NCBI GenBank assembly: GCA_041690355.1
Contig: JAWLHK010000005.1
Span: forward strand, 248,001 to 277,693
Source of the DNA: a bacterium
GTDB lineage: Bacteria > J088 > JAWLBW01
Length of the DNA: 29,693 nucleotides
Direction of reading: 5' to 3'
Part shown: piece after piece, positions 1 through 8,583 of the stretch
Layout: each line of letters starts with the position of its first letter
Numbering within the stretch: the first letter of the stretch is position 1
Made by a program: the position numbers and the translations under genes
The notes under the pieces: model-generated
The model's database searches: none
What the model was told of the DNA's origin: nothing
What the model saw: only the letters and a program-made list of their open reading frames with translations

Positions 1-1
1 G

Positions 2-691
2 GCCCGCGGCATCGGCGAGATCACCGCGCGCCGACTCGCCGAAGAGGGCGCCCAGGTCATCGTCCTCGACATTCCCCAGGCAGCCGAAGACGTGAAGCGG
101 CTCGCCGCAGAAATCAACGGCGTTCCGCTGACGCTCGACATCACGGCCGCCGAGGCGGTCAAGACGATTCTCGACACGGCCGCGCAGCACGGCGGCCTGC
201 AGATCGTCGTCAACAACGCCGGCGTCACGCGCGACAAGACGCTCGCCAACATGGACGCCGACCGCTGGCGTCTCGCCATCGGCGTGAACCTGCAGGCGGC
301 GCTCGCCATCACCGAAGGGGCCCTCGCGGGGCTGAACGAAGATGGGCGCGTCATCTGCCTGTCGTCCATCGCGGGAATCGCGGGCAACTTCGGACAGACC
401 AACTACGGCGCCGCCAAGGCCGGCCTGATCGGGGCCGTGCGCCATCTGGCGCCGCGCTTCGCCGCCAAGGGGGCGACCATCAACGCCGTCGCGCCCGGCT
501 TCATCGAGACCCAGATGACGGCCGCCATTCCTCTCATCACGCGCGAAGCGGGACGCCGTCTGTCCAACCTGGGACAAGGGGGACTGCCGGTCGATGTGGC
601 CGAGCTGATCACCTTTCTCGTCTCGCCCGGCGCCACCGGCGTGAACGGGCAGGTGATCCGGGTATGCGGGGGGAACTACCTCGGCGCGTGA
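2..691 (+). CDS. fabG: 3-oxoacyl-ACP/CoA reductase (SDR, FabG4-like), 5'-truncated by window edge
   Basis: Frame is open from base 2 (ARGIGEITARRLAEEGAQVIVLD, end of the GxxxGxG motif). Also NNAGVTRD, catalytic YGAAK, NAVAPGFIET, and a C-terminus (REAGRRLSNLGQGGLPVDVAE...RVCGGNYLGA) typical of FabG4-like enzymes. Confidence 0.9.
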   Translation, partial: ARGIGEITARRLAEEGAQVIVLDIPQAAEDVKRLAAEINGVPLTLDITAAEAVKTILDTAAQHGGLQIVVNNAGVTRDKTLANMDADRWRLAIGVNLQAALAITEGALAGLNEDGRVICLSSIAGIAGNFGQTNYGAAKAGLIGAVRHLAPRFAAKGATINAVAPGFIETQMTAAIPLITREAGRRLSNLGQGGLPVDVAELITFLVSPGATGVNGQVIRVCGGNYLGA

Positions 692-701
692 GCCGCACGG
701 A

Positions 702-729
702 AGTTTCCAGTTTCCAGTTTCCAGTTTCA
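702..729. repeat. Heptamer tandem repeat (AGTTTCC)x3 + AGTTTCA
   Basis: Read directly in the fabG-thiolase intergenic region. Confidence 0.9.
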
Positions 730-756
730 GTGCCGAAAGGACCAAGGGAAAGAATC

Positions 757-2052
757 ATGGCAAAGACAAAGAGCCGGGCAGTTGTAGTGGCGGGCGTGCG
801 CACACCGTTCGTGAAGGCGTTCGGGCCCTACACGAAGCTCGATACCATCGCGCTCGCCGACATCGCCGTCAAGGGACTTCTGGAAAAGACCGGGCTCGAC
901 ACGTCGACGCTGAACGCGGTCGTGTGGGGCGGCGTCATTCTGCCGACCACCGCGCCGAACATCGGCCGCGAGGTCGTACTCGACCTGGGCCTGCCCCCGT
1001 CGGTCGAAGCGATGACCGTGACGCGAGCCTGCGCGTCGGGACTGCAGGCGATCACCGATGCCGTCGCGCTCATCGATCGCGGCGAGGCCGACGTCGTCAT
1101 CGCCGGCGGCAGCGACTCGACCAGCAACGTCGGGGTCGAGCTGCCCAACGACCTCGTGCACGCCTTCGCGCCGCTGGCGCTCGGCGGCAAGGCGGGACCG
1201 CTCGATTACCTGGGCGCCGTGAAGGATCTGTTCCCCTTTAAGAACGTCCTGCCGCGCCGTCCGCAGATCGCCGAGCGCACCACGGGCGAGCTCATGGGCG
1301 AGTCGGCGGAGAAGATGGCCGGCATCAACCAGATCGGCCGCGAAGCCCAGGACGAGCTGACCCTGCGCTCGCACCAGCGCGCCGCCGCCGGCTACGAGCA
1401 GGGGATTCTGACGGAAGAGATCGTGCCGGTGACGAACCCCGACGGTGAGACCATCGCGCGCGACGGACTTCTTCGCGGCGACACGACACTCGAGAAGCTC
1501 GCGAAACTGCGCCCGGTCTTCAAGGAAGGGGGCACGTTGACCGCCGGCAACTCAACCGCGCTCACCGACGGCGCCGCCGCCGTGCTGCTCATGAGCGAAG
1601 AAAAGGCCCGCGAGCTGGGCTACACGCCGCTGGCCCGCTTCTCGAGCTGGGCCTACGTCGGCGTCGACCCGCGCGATCAGCTGCTCATTGGACCCGCGCT
1701 CGCCATGCCGCTGGCCCTGCAGCGCGCCGGTCTCGAACTGGACGATGTGGATCTGGTGGACATGCATGAGGCCTTCGCCGCCCAGGTGCTCAGCAACCTC
1801 AAGATGCTCGAGAGCGACGAGTGGGCCCGCACGCGTCTCGGCCGCGACAAGGCGGTGGGCAAGGTCGACCCCGAGAAGCTCAACGTGCTCGGCAGCTCGC
1901 TCGCGCTGGGGCATCCGTTCGGGGCGACCGGCGCGCGCATGGTCACGACCATGAGCCGCGAACTGCACCGCAGCGGCAAGCGTTATGCCGTGCTGGGAAT
2001 CTGCGCCGCGGGGGGCCTCGGTGCCGGCGCGGTGCTCGAGCGCGTCGACTGA
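757..2052 (+). CDS. fadI: Acetyl-CoA C-acyltransferase (FadI-like thiolase)
   Basis: GVRTPF, catalytic RACASG, GNSTALTDGAAA, HEAFAAQ, GHPFGATGAR and CAAGGLG. ATG at 757 follows purine-rich AAGGGAAAG. Confidence 0.92.
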   Translation: MAKTKSRAVVVAGVRTPFVKAFGPYTKLDTIALADIAVKGLLEKTGLDTSTLNAVVWGGVILPTTAPNIGREVVLDLGLPPSVEAMTVTRACASGLQAITDAVALIDRGEADVVIAGGSDSTSNVGVELPNDLVHAFAPLALGGKAGPLDYLGAVKDLFPFKNVLPRRPQIAERTTGELMGESAEKMAGINQIGREAQDELTLRSHQRAAAGYEQGILTEEIVPVTNPDGETIARDGLLRGDTTLEKLAKLRPVFKEGGTLTAGNSTALTDGAAAVLLMSEEKARELGYTPLARFSSWAYVGVDPRDQLLIGPALAMPLALQRAGLELDDVDLVDMHEAFAAQVLSNLKMLESDEWARTRLGRDKAVGKVDPEKLNVLGSSLALGHPFGATGARMVTTMSRELHRSGKRYAVLGICAAGGLGAGAVLERVD

Positions 2053-2072
2053 CTTCTCTCCCGTGACTGGGG

Positions 2073-2115
2073 AACCGCGGAATTCCGGGCACACCCGGCG
2101 TTCCGCGGTTTTTTT
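2073..2115 (+). terminator. Intrinsic terminator after the thiolase
   Basis: AACCGCGGAA-tt-CCGGG-caca-CCCGG-cg-TTCCGCGGTT hairpin followed by a T run, between convergent genes. Confidence 0.88.
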
Positions 2116-2126
2116 ATTGCGCGGGC

Positions 2127-3104
2127 TCAGGCGCCGGGCGGGAGGATGCGGATGGGCGGCAGATCGACCAGTTCATGCGTCGACGATGCGATGGAGATGC
2201 CCGCCTGTTCGAACTCGTCCAGGATGTCGCGGCTCAACCGGTCCTTCAGCTCGCGGATTCCGTGCTCCCGGGCGATGAAGCGTACCGTGAGCTCGACGCC
2301 GTCCTGCGTCAGCCGGTAATAAACGCGTGCGGCGACACTCGCGCGCTCGACGAAATACCGCCGCTGAAGCTCCTGCAGCGCGTCTTCACTGAGTTCCGCA
2401 TGCGAAACCGTATGCCGCTCGGCGGCGGCCAGCATGATCGCCTCGGCACGCCGGCGGTCTGATCGGTAGGCGACGTTGATGCGCAGTTCTTCCCACAGGA
2501 ACGGAAAATCCGCCGTGTAGTTGTACACCGGTTCGTCGAAGATACGGCCGTTCGAGATGGTCACGATGCGCCCGGTGTACTGGCGCGAGGCGACCCACAT
2601 GGCCGGATCGGGCATGCGCACGTCAGGGGGCTGGCCCATCTCCATGATGGTCGTGCGGGTGTAGCCGAGCGCAATGACGTCACCACGCACGCCCCCCATG
2701 AGAATCCGGTCGCCGACGTTGAAGATGTTCCCCCGCAGGATGACGAAGTAGCCGGCGATCGCGGTCACGACCTTCTGCAGTGCGAACACAAGGCCTGCCG
2801 AAACGAGCCCCAGCCCGGTGGTCAGCCGGGAGGGGTCGTCGAACCAGATGGAGAGAAACCCGAGGAGGAACAGGAGGCCGACAAGGAGCTTCGAGAACTG
2901 GCTCGCCCACAGCGAAGGGCGCGCTCCCGGCTTACGCAGGCGGCGCGTGAGCCCCCGCAGAAGCCGCCCGAGCCCCCAGACCAGGAGAACGAGGGCAATC
3001 GTGAAGAGCAGCTTCGTGAGATTTTCGCCGGTCACCCCGACGAGACGGACGCCGAAAATCTGTACGGCCTGATTGGGCCCGACGAGCTCGACCACTCCAT
3101 CCAT
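2127..3104 (-). CDS. mscS: Small-conductance mechanosensitive channel family protein
   Basis: Three N-terminal TM segments, GLVSAGLVFALQ pore helix, FNVGDRI..GGVRGDV, and ISNGRIFDEPVYNYT. Confidence 0.92.
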   Translation of the reverse strand: MDGVVELVGPNQAVQIFGVRLVGVTGENLTKLLFTIALVLLVWGLGRLLRGLTRRLRKPGARPSLWASQFSKLLVGLLFLLGFLSIWFDDPSRLTTGLGLVSAGLVFALQKVVTAIAGYFVILRGNIFNVGDRILMGGVRGDVIALGYTRTTIMEMGQPPDVRMPDPAMWVASRQYTGRIVTISNGRIFDEPVYNYTADFPFLWEELRINVAYRSDRRRAEAIMLAAAERHTVSHAELSEDALQELQRRYFVERASVAARVYYRLTQDGVELTVRFIAREHGIRELKDRLSRDILDEFEQAGISIASSTHELVDLPPIRILPPGA

Positions 3105-3154
3105 CCACCCATTTTTTCGCGGATCGCCGGGAGGCGTAAGGGGGCAACCTGCAA

Positions 3155-3244
3155 ATTGACGATTGACAATTTACGATTGACGATTTGCCGGCAAGAACCT
3201 TGAGACACGTTGCCTTTGCCTCATTGGCGCCCGGCGCTCAGCGC
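3155..3244. repeat. Bipartite heptamer array: ATTGACG/ATTGACA/ATTTACG/ATTGACG/ATTTGCC (3155-3189), then TTGGCGC/CCGGCGC/TCAGCGC (3224-3244)
   Basis: Read directly; 7-bp period. Confidence 0.8.
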
Positions 3245-3286
3245 TTCACCCGGTGACGACGGGAACGACCCTGGTTCGACGGGGGA

Positions 3287-3673
3287 CTACTCTTCGCGGC
3301 GGGAACCCGCTTCGCGGGCAAAGCGCACGAACTCCTCGATCGTCGGCTCGGGGTCACGGTCTTCGACTTCGACGGGGGGCGCCGCGGTTACCTGGGCCAG
3401 AACGAAGGGCGCCACGATGATCATCTGGAACATCGTGCCGGGCACGTCATGCCAGGCGCGCATCTCGTCGGGGAGCGGGCGACGCAGCAGCCCGCCGGCC
3501 AGCCAGTCCTGCACGCGCGGCGCATCGTTCTCGGCCATGGCCGCCGCCACTTCTACCAGATCGAGCGTCTCGGCGGCCAGAAAGACGTGATCGCGGCGCG
3601 CGTGCGGCTCGAGGTCGCGCCAGAGGGCGGGTATCCGTTCGCCGCGGAGGCGGCTGCGTAAATCGTCGGTCAT
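3287..3673 (-). CDS. DUF2288 family protein
   Basis: WRDLEPHARRD..LDLVEVAAAMAENDAPRVQDWL..G...FQMIIVAPFVLAQ matches the DUF2288 pattern. ATG at 3673 is preferred over the ORF-track start, which overlaps the AAA gene. Confidence 0.8.
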   Translation of the reverse strand: MTDDLRSRLRGERIPALWRDLEPHARRDHVFLAAETLDLVEVAAAMAENDAPRVQDWLAGGLLRRPLPDEMRAWHDVPGTMFQMIIVAPFVLAQVTAAPPVEVEDRDPEPTIEEFVRFAREAGSRREE

Positions 3674-3681
3674 AGACTTCC

Positions 3682-3760
3682 ATTGTAGCTCCCCGGCAGA
3701 ATGCCCCGCACCCCGGTCGGCCGGGCTGATTTGCGGTCGGCGCGGCCGGCGCGGTATGCT
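3682..3760. promoter_or_regulatory. Putative divergent sigma70-type promoters
   Basis: Minus-strand -10 TACAAT (3682-3687) lies 8 nt before the DUF2288 ATG. Plus-strand TTGCGG(3731)-N18-TATGCT(3755-3760) lies 7 nt before ATG 3768. Confidence 0.45.
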
Positions 3761-3767
3761 TGCTCCC

Positions 3768-5342
3768 ATGACGCAGAGCGATTCCGGCCCCACCCAGCAG
3801 GCCTTGCGCGAAATCGACACCCTCGTCCGCGCCCGGTACCCGATTCTGTATCTGCTGACGCACGAAGAAACGCGGCTCGAGTCGCTGCTCTTTCATCTGG
3901 CCCGCAAGCAGAACAAGGAGCTGTTCACCTGGACGGCGACGCAGGGGCTCAACCACTTCGACAATACGCCGGCCGCGCGGCGCCCGAGCGGCAAGTTCAA
4001 CGATCCGGCCGAAGTGCTGCAGCATATCGGTGAGAGTTCGGTGTCGGCGCTCTTCCTCCTCAAGGACTTCCATCCCTTTCTCGACGATCCGCACATCGTC
4101 CGCCGGCTGCGCGATCTGGCCCATGATCTCAAAGGCTCCTACAAGAACATCCTGATCTCTTCGCCGCGGCTGAACCTGCCCGTCGAACTCGACAAGGAAA
4201 TCACGCTCATCGATTTCCCGTTTCCGGATACGACAGAGCTGATGGAGCTGCTGAAGAGCGTCTCGCGAAGCGTCAAGGCGACGAACCGGGCCGTCGTCGA
4301 GCTCACGAACGAACAGGCGGCCGAACTCGTGCGGGCGGCGCAGGGACTTACGCTGACCGAGGCCGAGAATGCCTTCTCGAAAGCCGTCGTCAGCGACGGC
4401 CGCCTGAGCCAGGACGACATCGAACTCGTTCTGCGCGAGAAGCAGCAGGTCATCCGCAAGAGCGGCATGCTCGAATTCTACGCCACCGACGCCGGCATGA
4501 CCGACGTGGGGGGGCTCGGTAATCTCAAGTACTGGCTGAGCGTCCGCGGCAAAGGATTCTCTGCCGAAGCCGCCCATTTCGGCCTCCCGGTGCCCAAGGG
4601 GGTGCTCCTGCTGGGCGCGCCCGGATGCGGCAAGAGCCTCACCGCGAAGGCGGTCGCGTCGGCCTGGCGCCTGCCGCTGGTGAAACTCGACTTCGGCCAC
4701 GTCTTCTCGGGGCTCGTCGGCAGCTCCGAAGAAAACATGCGCCGCGCGCTCAAGGTCGCCGAGGGGGTCGCGCCCTGCGTTCTCTGGATTGATGAAATCG
4801 AGAAGGGCCTGTCGGGCAACCAGAGCGGGGGCTCCGACGGCGGCACGGCGGCGCGCGTCTTCGGTACGTTTCTCACCTGGATGCAGGAGAAGACGGCGCG
4901 CGTCTTCGTGATTGCGACGGCGAACCGCATCGACGCCCTCCCCCCAGAGCTGCTGCGCCGCGGCCGGTTCGACGAAATCTTCTTCATGGATTTGCCCGAC
5001 GAACGCGCCCGCCGCGAGATCCTCACCATCCACCTCAAGAAACGCAGCCGGATTCCCGAGGAGTTCGAGCTCGATCGGATTGCGTCGGCGCTCGAAGGGT
5101 TCTCAGGGGCCGAAATCGAGCATTGCGTGGTCGAAGGTATGTTTGCCGCCTTCCACCACCGTCAGGAACTGAAGTCCGACGATATCCTCGCGGCCGCGCG
5201 CGAAACGGTTCCGCTCAGCGTCACCTATAAAGAAGAGCTCGCCCGGTCGCGCGAGTGGGCCCGCAACCGCGCCCGCCCGGCCGATCATCCCCCTGAAAAC
5301 GCGGGGGCGAAGGACCGGACTTCGCACCTGGAGCTGTCATGA
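3768..5342 (+). CDS. Ycf46-family AAA+ ATPase (degenerate N-terminal AAA domain plus active AAA domain)
   Basis: RARYPILYL.THEE.R, LLKDFHPFL, EKQQVIRKSGMLEF, DVGGLGNLK.WL, Walker A GAPGCGKS, Walker B LWIDEIEK, arginine finger RRGRFDE, and WARNRARPA. Alternative ATG at 3756. Confidence 0.92.
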   Translation: MTQSDSGPTQQALREIDTLVRARYPILYLLTHEETRLESLLFHLARKQNKELFTWTATQGLNHFDNTPAARRPSGKFNDPAEVLQHIGESSVSALFLLKDFHPFLDDPHIVRRLRDLAHDLKGSYKNILISSPRLNLPVELDKEITLIDFPFPDTTELMELLKSVSRSVKATNRAVVELTNEQAAELVRAAQGLTLTEAENAFSKAVVSDGRLSQDDIELVLREKQQVIRKSGMLEFYATDAGMTDVGGLGNLKYWLSVRGKGFSAEAAHFGLPVPKGVLLLGAPGCGKSLTAKAVASAWRLPLVKLDFGHVFSGLVGSSEENMRRALKVAEGVAPCVLWIDEIEKGLSGNQSGGSDGGTAARVFGTFLTWMQEKTARVFVIATANRIDALPPELLRRGRFDEIFFMDLPDERARREILTIHLKKRSRIPEEFELDRIASALEGFSGAEIEHCVVEGMFAAFHHRQELKSDDILAAARETVPLSVTYKEELARSREWARNRARPADHPPENAGAKDRTSHLELS

Positions 5343-5701
5343 AAGGCGAACGCTTTTCGCGGCTCGAGACCCAGACGCCGGCGCCCATCGAGCCGGCGCA
5401 CACGCCTTTCCGGCGCAAACTCGAGACGACGCCGACGCAACTCCCTTCTGCCGACCAGGCCGTGGGCTCGACGCGCGATGCCAGGATTCTCGCCGGCATC
5501 GATGAAGCAGAGCGGCAACAAAAGATGGAGGGAGCGCGGCGGCGGATCAGCGAGGCCCGCTCGCGCCTCGTCGTACCCGGCCTGCTGCTGGCTTTCGCGC
5601 TGCTGCCGCTGATTACGGGAACGGCGCTGGGTCGGCGCGGCCTTCTTCTTTCCCTTCTCGCAGGTCTGGCCGTCTACTGGATCCGCCGGAGAACACCATG
5701 A
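5339..5701 (+). CDS. Small membrane protein with two C-terminal TM helices, function unknown
   Basis: ATGA overlaps with both neighbours. Begins ERFSRLE, then a Pro/Thr linker, a helical segment, two hydrophobic helices and a basic tail. Confidence 0.75.
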   Translation: MKGERFSRLETQTPAPIEPAHTPFRRKLETTPTQLPSADQAVGSTRDARILAGIDEAERQQKMEGARRRISEARSRLVVPGLLLAFALLPLITGTALGRRGLLLSLLAGLAVYWIRRRTP

Positions 5702-6063
5702 GCAACAGCGTGGGCGTCGACGTCATCATCACCTCTCTGGACACCCTTCGTGAGGCGCTGTCCGACCTGAAGCTGGCCCGCGAAGACCTGCGGGAGCTCG
5801 AGTGCCAAGGGCAGAAGACGCGCGTCGATTTCACCATCCGCACCGAGCAGGGCGAGCGCATCGGCGTGCGCCAGAACCGCGAGGGGGTCGAGTTCGTTCT
5901 CCAGAAAGATACGCAGACGGCCCGCGAGGCGCTTAACCGCATCCGGCAGTCCTATGCGCGGCTCAAGGTACTCGATGAAGTAAAACGCATGGGTTACCAG
6001 CAGGTTAAAGAAGAAAAACTTTCCGACGGCTCGGTCCGTCTCGTGGTGCAGCGATGGCGGTAA
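5698..6063 (+). CDS. DUF1257 (Ycf35-like) protein
   Basis: ITSLDTLREALSDL, IGVRQ, LNRIRQSYA..KV, and GYQQVKEEKLSDGSVRLVVQRW; located next to the Ycf46 ATPase. Confidence 0.85.
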   Translation: MSNSVGVDVIITSLDTLREALSDLKLAREDLRELECQGQKTRVDFTIRTEQGERIGVRQNREGVEFVLQKDTQTAREALNRIRQSYARLKVLDEVKRMGYQQVKEEKLSDGSVRLVVQRWR

Positions 6064-6257
6064 AACAGGAACTGCTGATTACGATCGAACCCGACGGCTC
6101 GCTGCGCATCAAGACGCAGGGTTTCAAAGGGGCTGCGTGCGAAGAAGAAATCAAGCCGCTCGAGAAAGCCCTGGGCAAGGTCACCGAACGGCAACGGACG
6201 TCGGAGTACTACCAGAAGGCGGATGTGAAAGTTGGCGTCGGCACCCGCGCAAAGTGA
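6054..6257 (+). CDS. DUF2997 protein
   Basis: ITIEPDGS....QGFKG..CEE..KPLEKALGKV..RQRTSEYYQ pattern; 67 aa. Confidence 0.88.
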   Translation: MAVKQELLITIEPDGSLRIKTQGFKGAACEEEIKPLEKALGKVTERQRTSEYYQKADVKVGVGTRAK

Positions 6258-7149
6258 CATCGTCATCACGCCTGACGGCCGCGTCCACATCAGCTTTTTC
6301 TGGAGCGAGCTCGAACCGCTGCGCGCCGCCCTGCGGGGAACCGCACCAAACCCATCTGCGCAACCGCCGGCGGTACCGGCCGTAAGCGCGCCGGCTGGGA
6401 CAACCGCGGCCTTGGACGTGCCGATCGACGAATACCGCGCGTGTACGCTCTGCCCCAGAGCCTGCGGGTTCGACCGCACCGCCCGTGTTCATCCGCTGTG
6501 CGGCGACGCGACTCTGCGCGTTTCGACGTGGGGTCTGACCCTCGGCGATGAGGAACCGATTCGCGGAACGCGCGGATCGGGCGCCGTCATGCTCGGCGGT
6601 TGCCCGCTTACGTGCCCCTCGTGCCATAACCCCGAAATGGTCCGCGGCGGCCGCCCGACAAGCCCCGCCGAGCTTGCAGACATCGCCTGGGAGCTCGCGC
6701 GGCAGGGCGCGCACAACCTCCAGATACTTTCTCCCACGGTGCACCTGCCGGCCCTGCGCGTCGTTCTGGGAGAACTGAAGCGGGCACGCTATCCGCTGCC
6801 GGTCGTGTGGAAGAGCAGCGGCTACGAATCGGTCGAGGAGCTGCGGAAGCTCGCCGGTCTGGTCGACATCTATCTGCCCGATCTCAAGTACGGCCCCCGG
6901 TCGGCCTGGGCGCGCCAGGCCGGCGCCCCGGATTACTTCGAGGTTGCAAGGGCGGCGCTATCGGAAATGTCGTCGCAGGCAGGTCCGCTCCGACTGGACA
7001 ACGATGGCGTCGCCGTCCGGGGGGTTCTCGTCCGGCACGTGCAGGCGCCGCTTCCGGATGAAGAACGCGACCGGGTGCGCGCCCTGCTGCGCAGCCTCCC
7101 CCCTGGCGTCGTGGCCTCGGAGATGGACACGTTCGTCCGGCTTGAGTAG
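6232..7149 (+). CDS. Radical SAM protein, PflX-like, with an extra N-terminal segment
   Basis: CTLCPRACG, EEPIRGTRGSGAV, CPLTCPSCHN (CxxxCxxC), GAHNLQILSPT, SSGYES, VDIYLPDLKY and GVLVRH. The TTG start is uncertain. Confidence 0.88.
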   Translation: MASAPAQSDIVITPDGRVHISFFWSELEPLRAALRGTAPNPSAQPPAVPAVSAPAGTTAALDVPIDEYRACTLCPRACGFDRTARVHPLCGDATLRVSTWGLTLGDEEPIRGTRGSGAVMLGGCPLTCPSCHNPEMVRGGRPTSPAELADIAWELARQGAHNLQILSPTVHLPALRVVLGELKRARYPLPVVWKSSGYESVEELRKLAGLVDIYLPDLKYGPRSAWARQAGAPDYFEVARAALSEMSSQAGPLRLDNDGVAVRGVLVRHVQAPLPDEERDRVRALLRSLPPGVVASEMDTFVRLE

Positions 7150-7212
7150 CCCTCCATTTCCCTTTCCGCATCGGGTGTGGAACAATCTTGGTTCCCCGAA
7201 CTCGAGGTTCAC

Positions 7213-7788
7213 ATGCCGTTGTGGATGGCCCGCCTCTTTCTGCGCATCACCGGTTGGAAAGCCGACGGCGTGCGCCCCGACGTTCCCAAGTACGTCCTCA
7301 TCGCCGCGCCGCACACGACCAACTGGGATTTTCCGTTCACGCTCGCCTTCGCGGCCGTCTTCGGCATCCGCATCCGGTGGATGGGCAAGCACACCCTTTT
7401 TCGCTGGCCCTTCGGCTGGTTCATGCGCGCCGTCGGCGGAATTCCCATCCGCCGCGAACGCAACAACGACCTGGTGCGCACGATGGCCGACGACTTCGGC
7501 AATCATGAGCAGCTCGCCCTGACCGTTCCCGTCGAAGGAACGCGCTCGAGGGTCGAGTACTGGAAGTCGGGCTTCTATCACATCGCGCGCCAGGCGGGCG
7601 TGCCCATCGTGCCCGGCTACCTGGACTACGCGCGCAAACGGGGCGGATTCGGGCCCGCGCTCATGCCCAGCGGCGACCTCAAGGCCGACATGGACAAACT
7701 GCGCGCCTTCTACGCCGACAAGATCGGCAAGTTCCCCGAGCTCTTCGGTCCCGTGCGCCTGCGCGAAGAGGCCGACCTGCGCGCTTGA
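7213..7788 (+). CDS. Lysophospholipid (1-acyl-glycerol-3-phosphate) acyltransferase, PlsC family
   Basis: PHTTNWD (HxxxxD), GGIPIRR, EGTRS and KSGFYHIA. RBS GAGG at 7204. Confidence 0.9.
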   Translation: MPLWMARLFLRITGWKADGVRPDVPKYVLIAAPHTTNWDFPFTLAFAAVFGIRIRWMGKHTLFRWPFGWFMRAVGGIPIRRERNNDLVRTMADDFGNHEQLALTVPVEGTRSRVEYWKSGFYHIARQAGVPIVPGYLDYARKRGGFGPALMPSGDLKADMDKLRAFYADKIGKFPELFGPVRLREEADLRA

Positions 7789-7833
7789 AAAAGAAGCCGC
7801 AGCGAAGCTTTCACCCGCTTCCGCTGCGGCTTC
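7788..7833 (-). terminator. Intrinsic terminator hairpin between convergent genes
   Basis: GAAGCCGCAGCG (7793-7804) pairs with CGCTGCGGCTTC (7822-7833). The A5 run at 7788-7792 gives a U tail on the minus strand. Confidence 0.8.
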
Positions 7834-7873
7834 GTAGCCGCGCAAGAACCGGCCTGCATCCGCCTACATCAGC

Positions 7874-8392
7874 TTACATCCGAGTGATGCGCGTAGCGCG
7901 CCAGTTCTCAGCCTGCTCCGGGGCCGAAGAGAGTGCGAAGTAGTACTCCTGCCCCTGCTGAAGAAGCTGCGCCTGATCGGACTTCAGTTTGACGTGACGC
8001 TCGCCCGATTGCGTTTCGATCGTGGCGATGTCCTTCTGGACGGAGCGCACATTGCCGACGAACGACTTGTCTTCGAGCATCGCCTCCTGTCGTTCCGTGC
8101 GCGTCGCCTGCTGCATCGTCTTCACGGACTCGACTTCGGGCAGGGGTACGGCCGTGACCTGCACGACGTCGCCACGCTCGATCCCCTGCAGCTGGCGCTG
8201 ATCCGCCTGAAACTCGACGGTCGACCCCGCGACCGCCAGGGTCAACGCGTCCTGCCCGACGTCCTGAACCATTCCTTCAATCCGTGTTTCTTCGATGGGC
8301 TGTGACGCCTGTACCTGTGGCCCGGTCTGCGAAGCGCACCCGCTCGACAGGCCGAGCGCCGCGGCAAAAGCCAGTGTTGCTACACCTTTCAT
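7874..8392 (-). CDS. Lipoprotein with two OB-fold-like beta repeats
   Basis: RBS AAGGAGA; signal peptide MKGVATLAFAAALGLSSG-C; repeats IEGMVQDV..LTL..IERGDVVQV and FVGNVRSV..ATI..LQQGQEYYF. Confidence 0.75.
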   Translation of the reverse strand: MKGVATLAFAAALGLSSGCASQTGPQVQASQPIEETRIEGMVQDVGQDALTLAVAGSTVEFQADQRQLQGIERGDVVQVTAVPLPEVESVKTMQQATRTERQEAMLEDKSFVGNVRSVQKDIATIETQSGERHVKLKSDQAQLLQQGQEYYFALSSAPEQAENWRATRITRM

Positions 8393-8583
8393 GGCTTGTC
8401 TCTCCTTTGGTTGAATGCAACGCCAGAGTCTCCATACAGATACAACGGCGCAGGCCGTCGCAAAAGTCCGGGGGCTCGGCTCGCAGGGGTCTGTGCATCG
8501 CGCCGAGCCTTCACGAGCGGCGGGCATCGACACACGTCCGTCTCTGGTGAGCGGCGCAGCGGCGTGATACCGTACTGGGACCC

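Noticed and set aside
3163-3168. Perfect TTGACA -35 box within the heptamer array
   Set aside because: No -10 element at suitable spacing, and it faces no nearby plus-strand gene.
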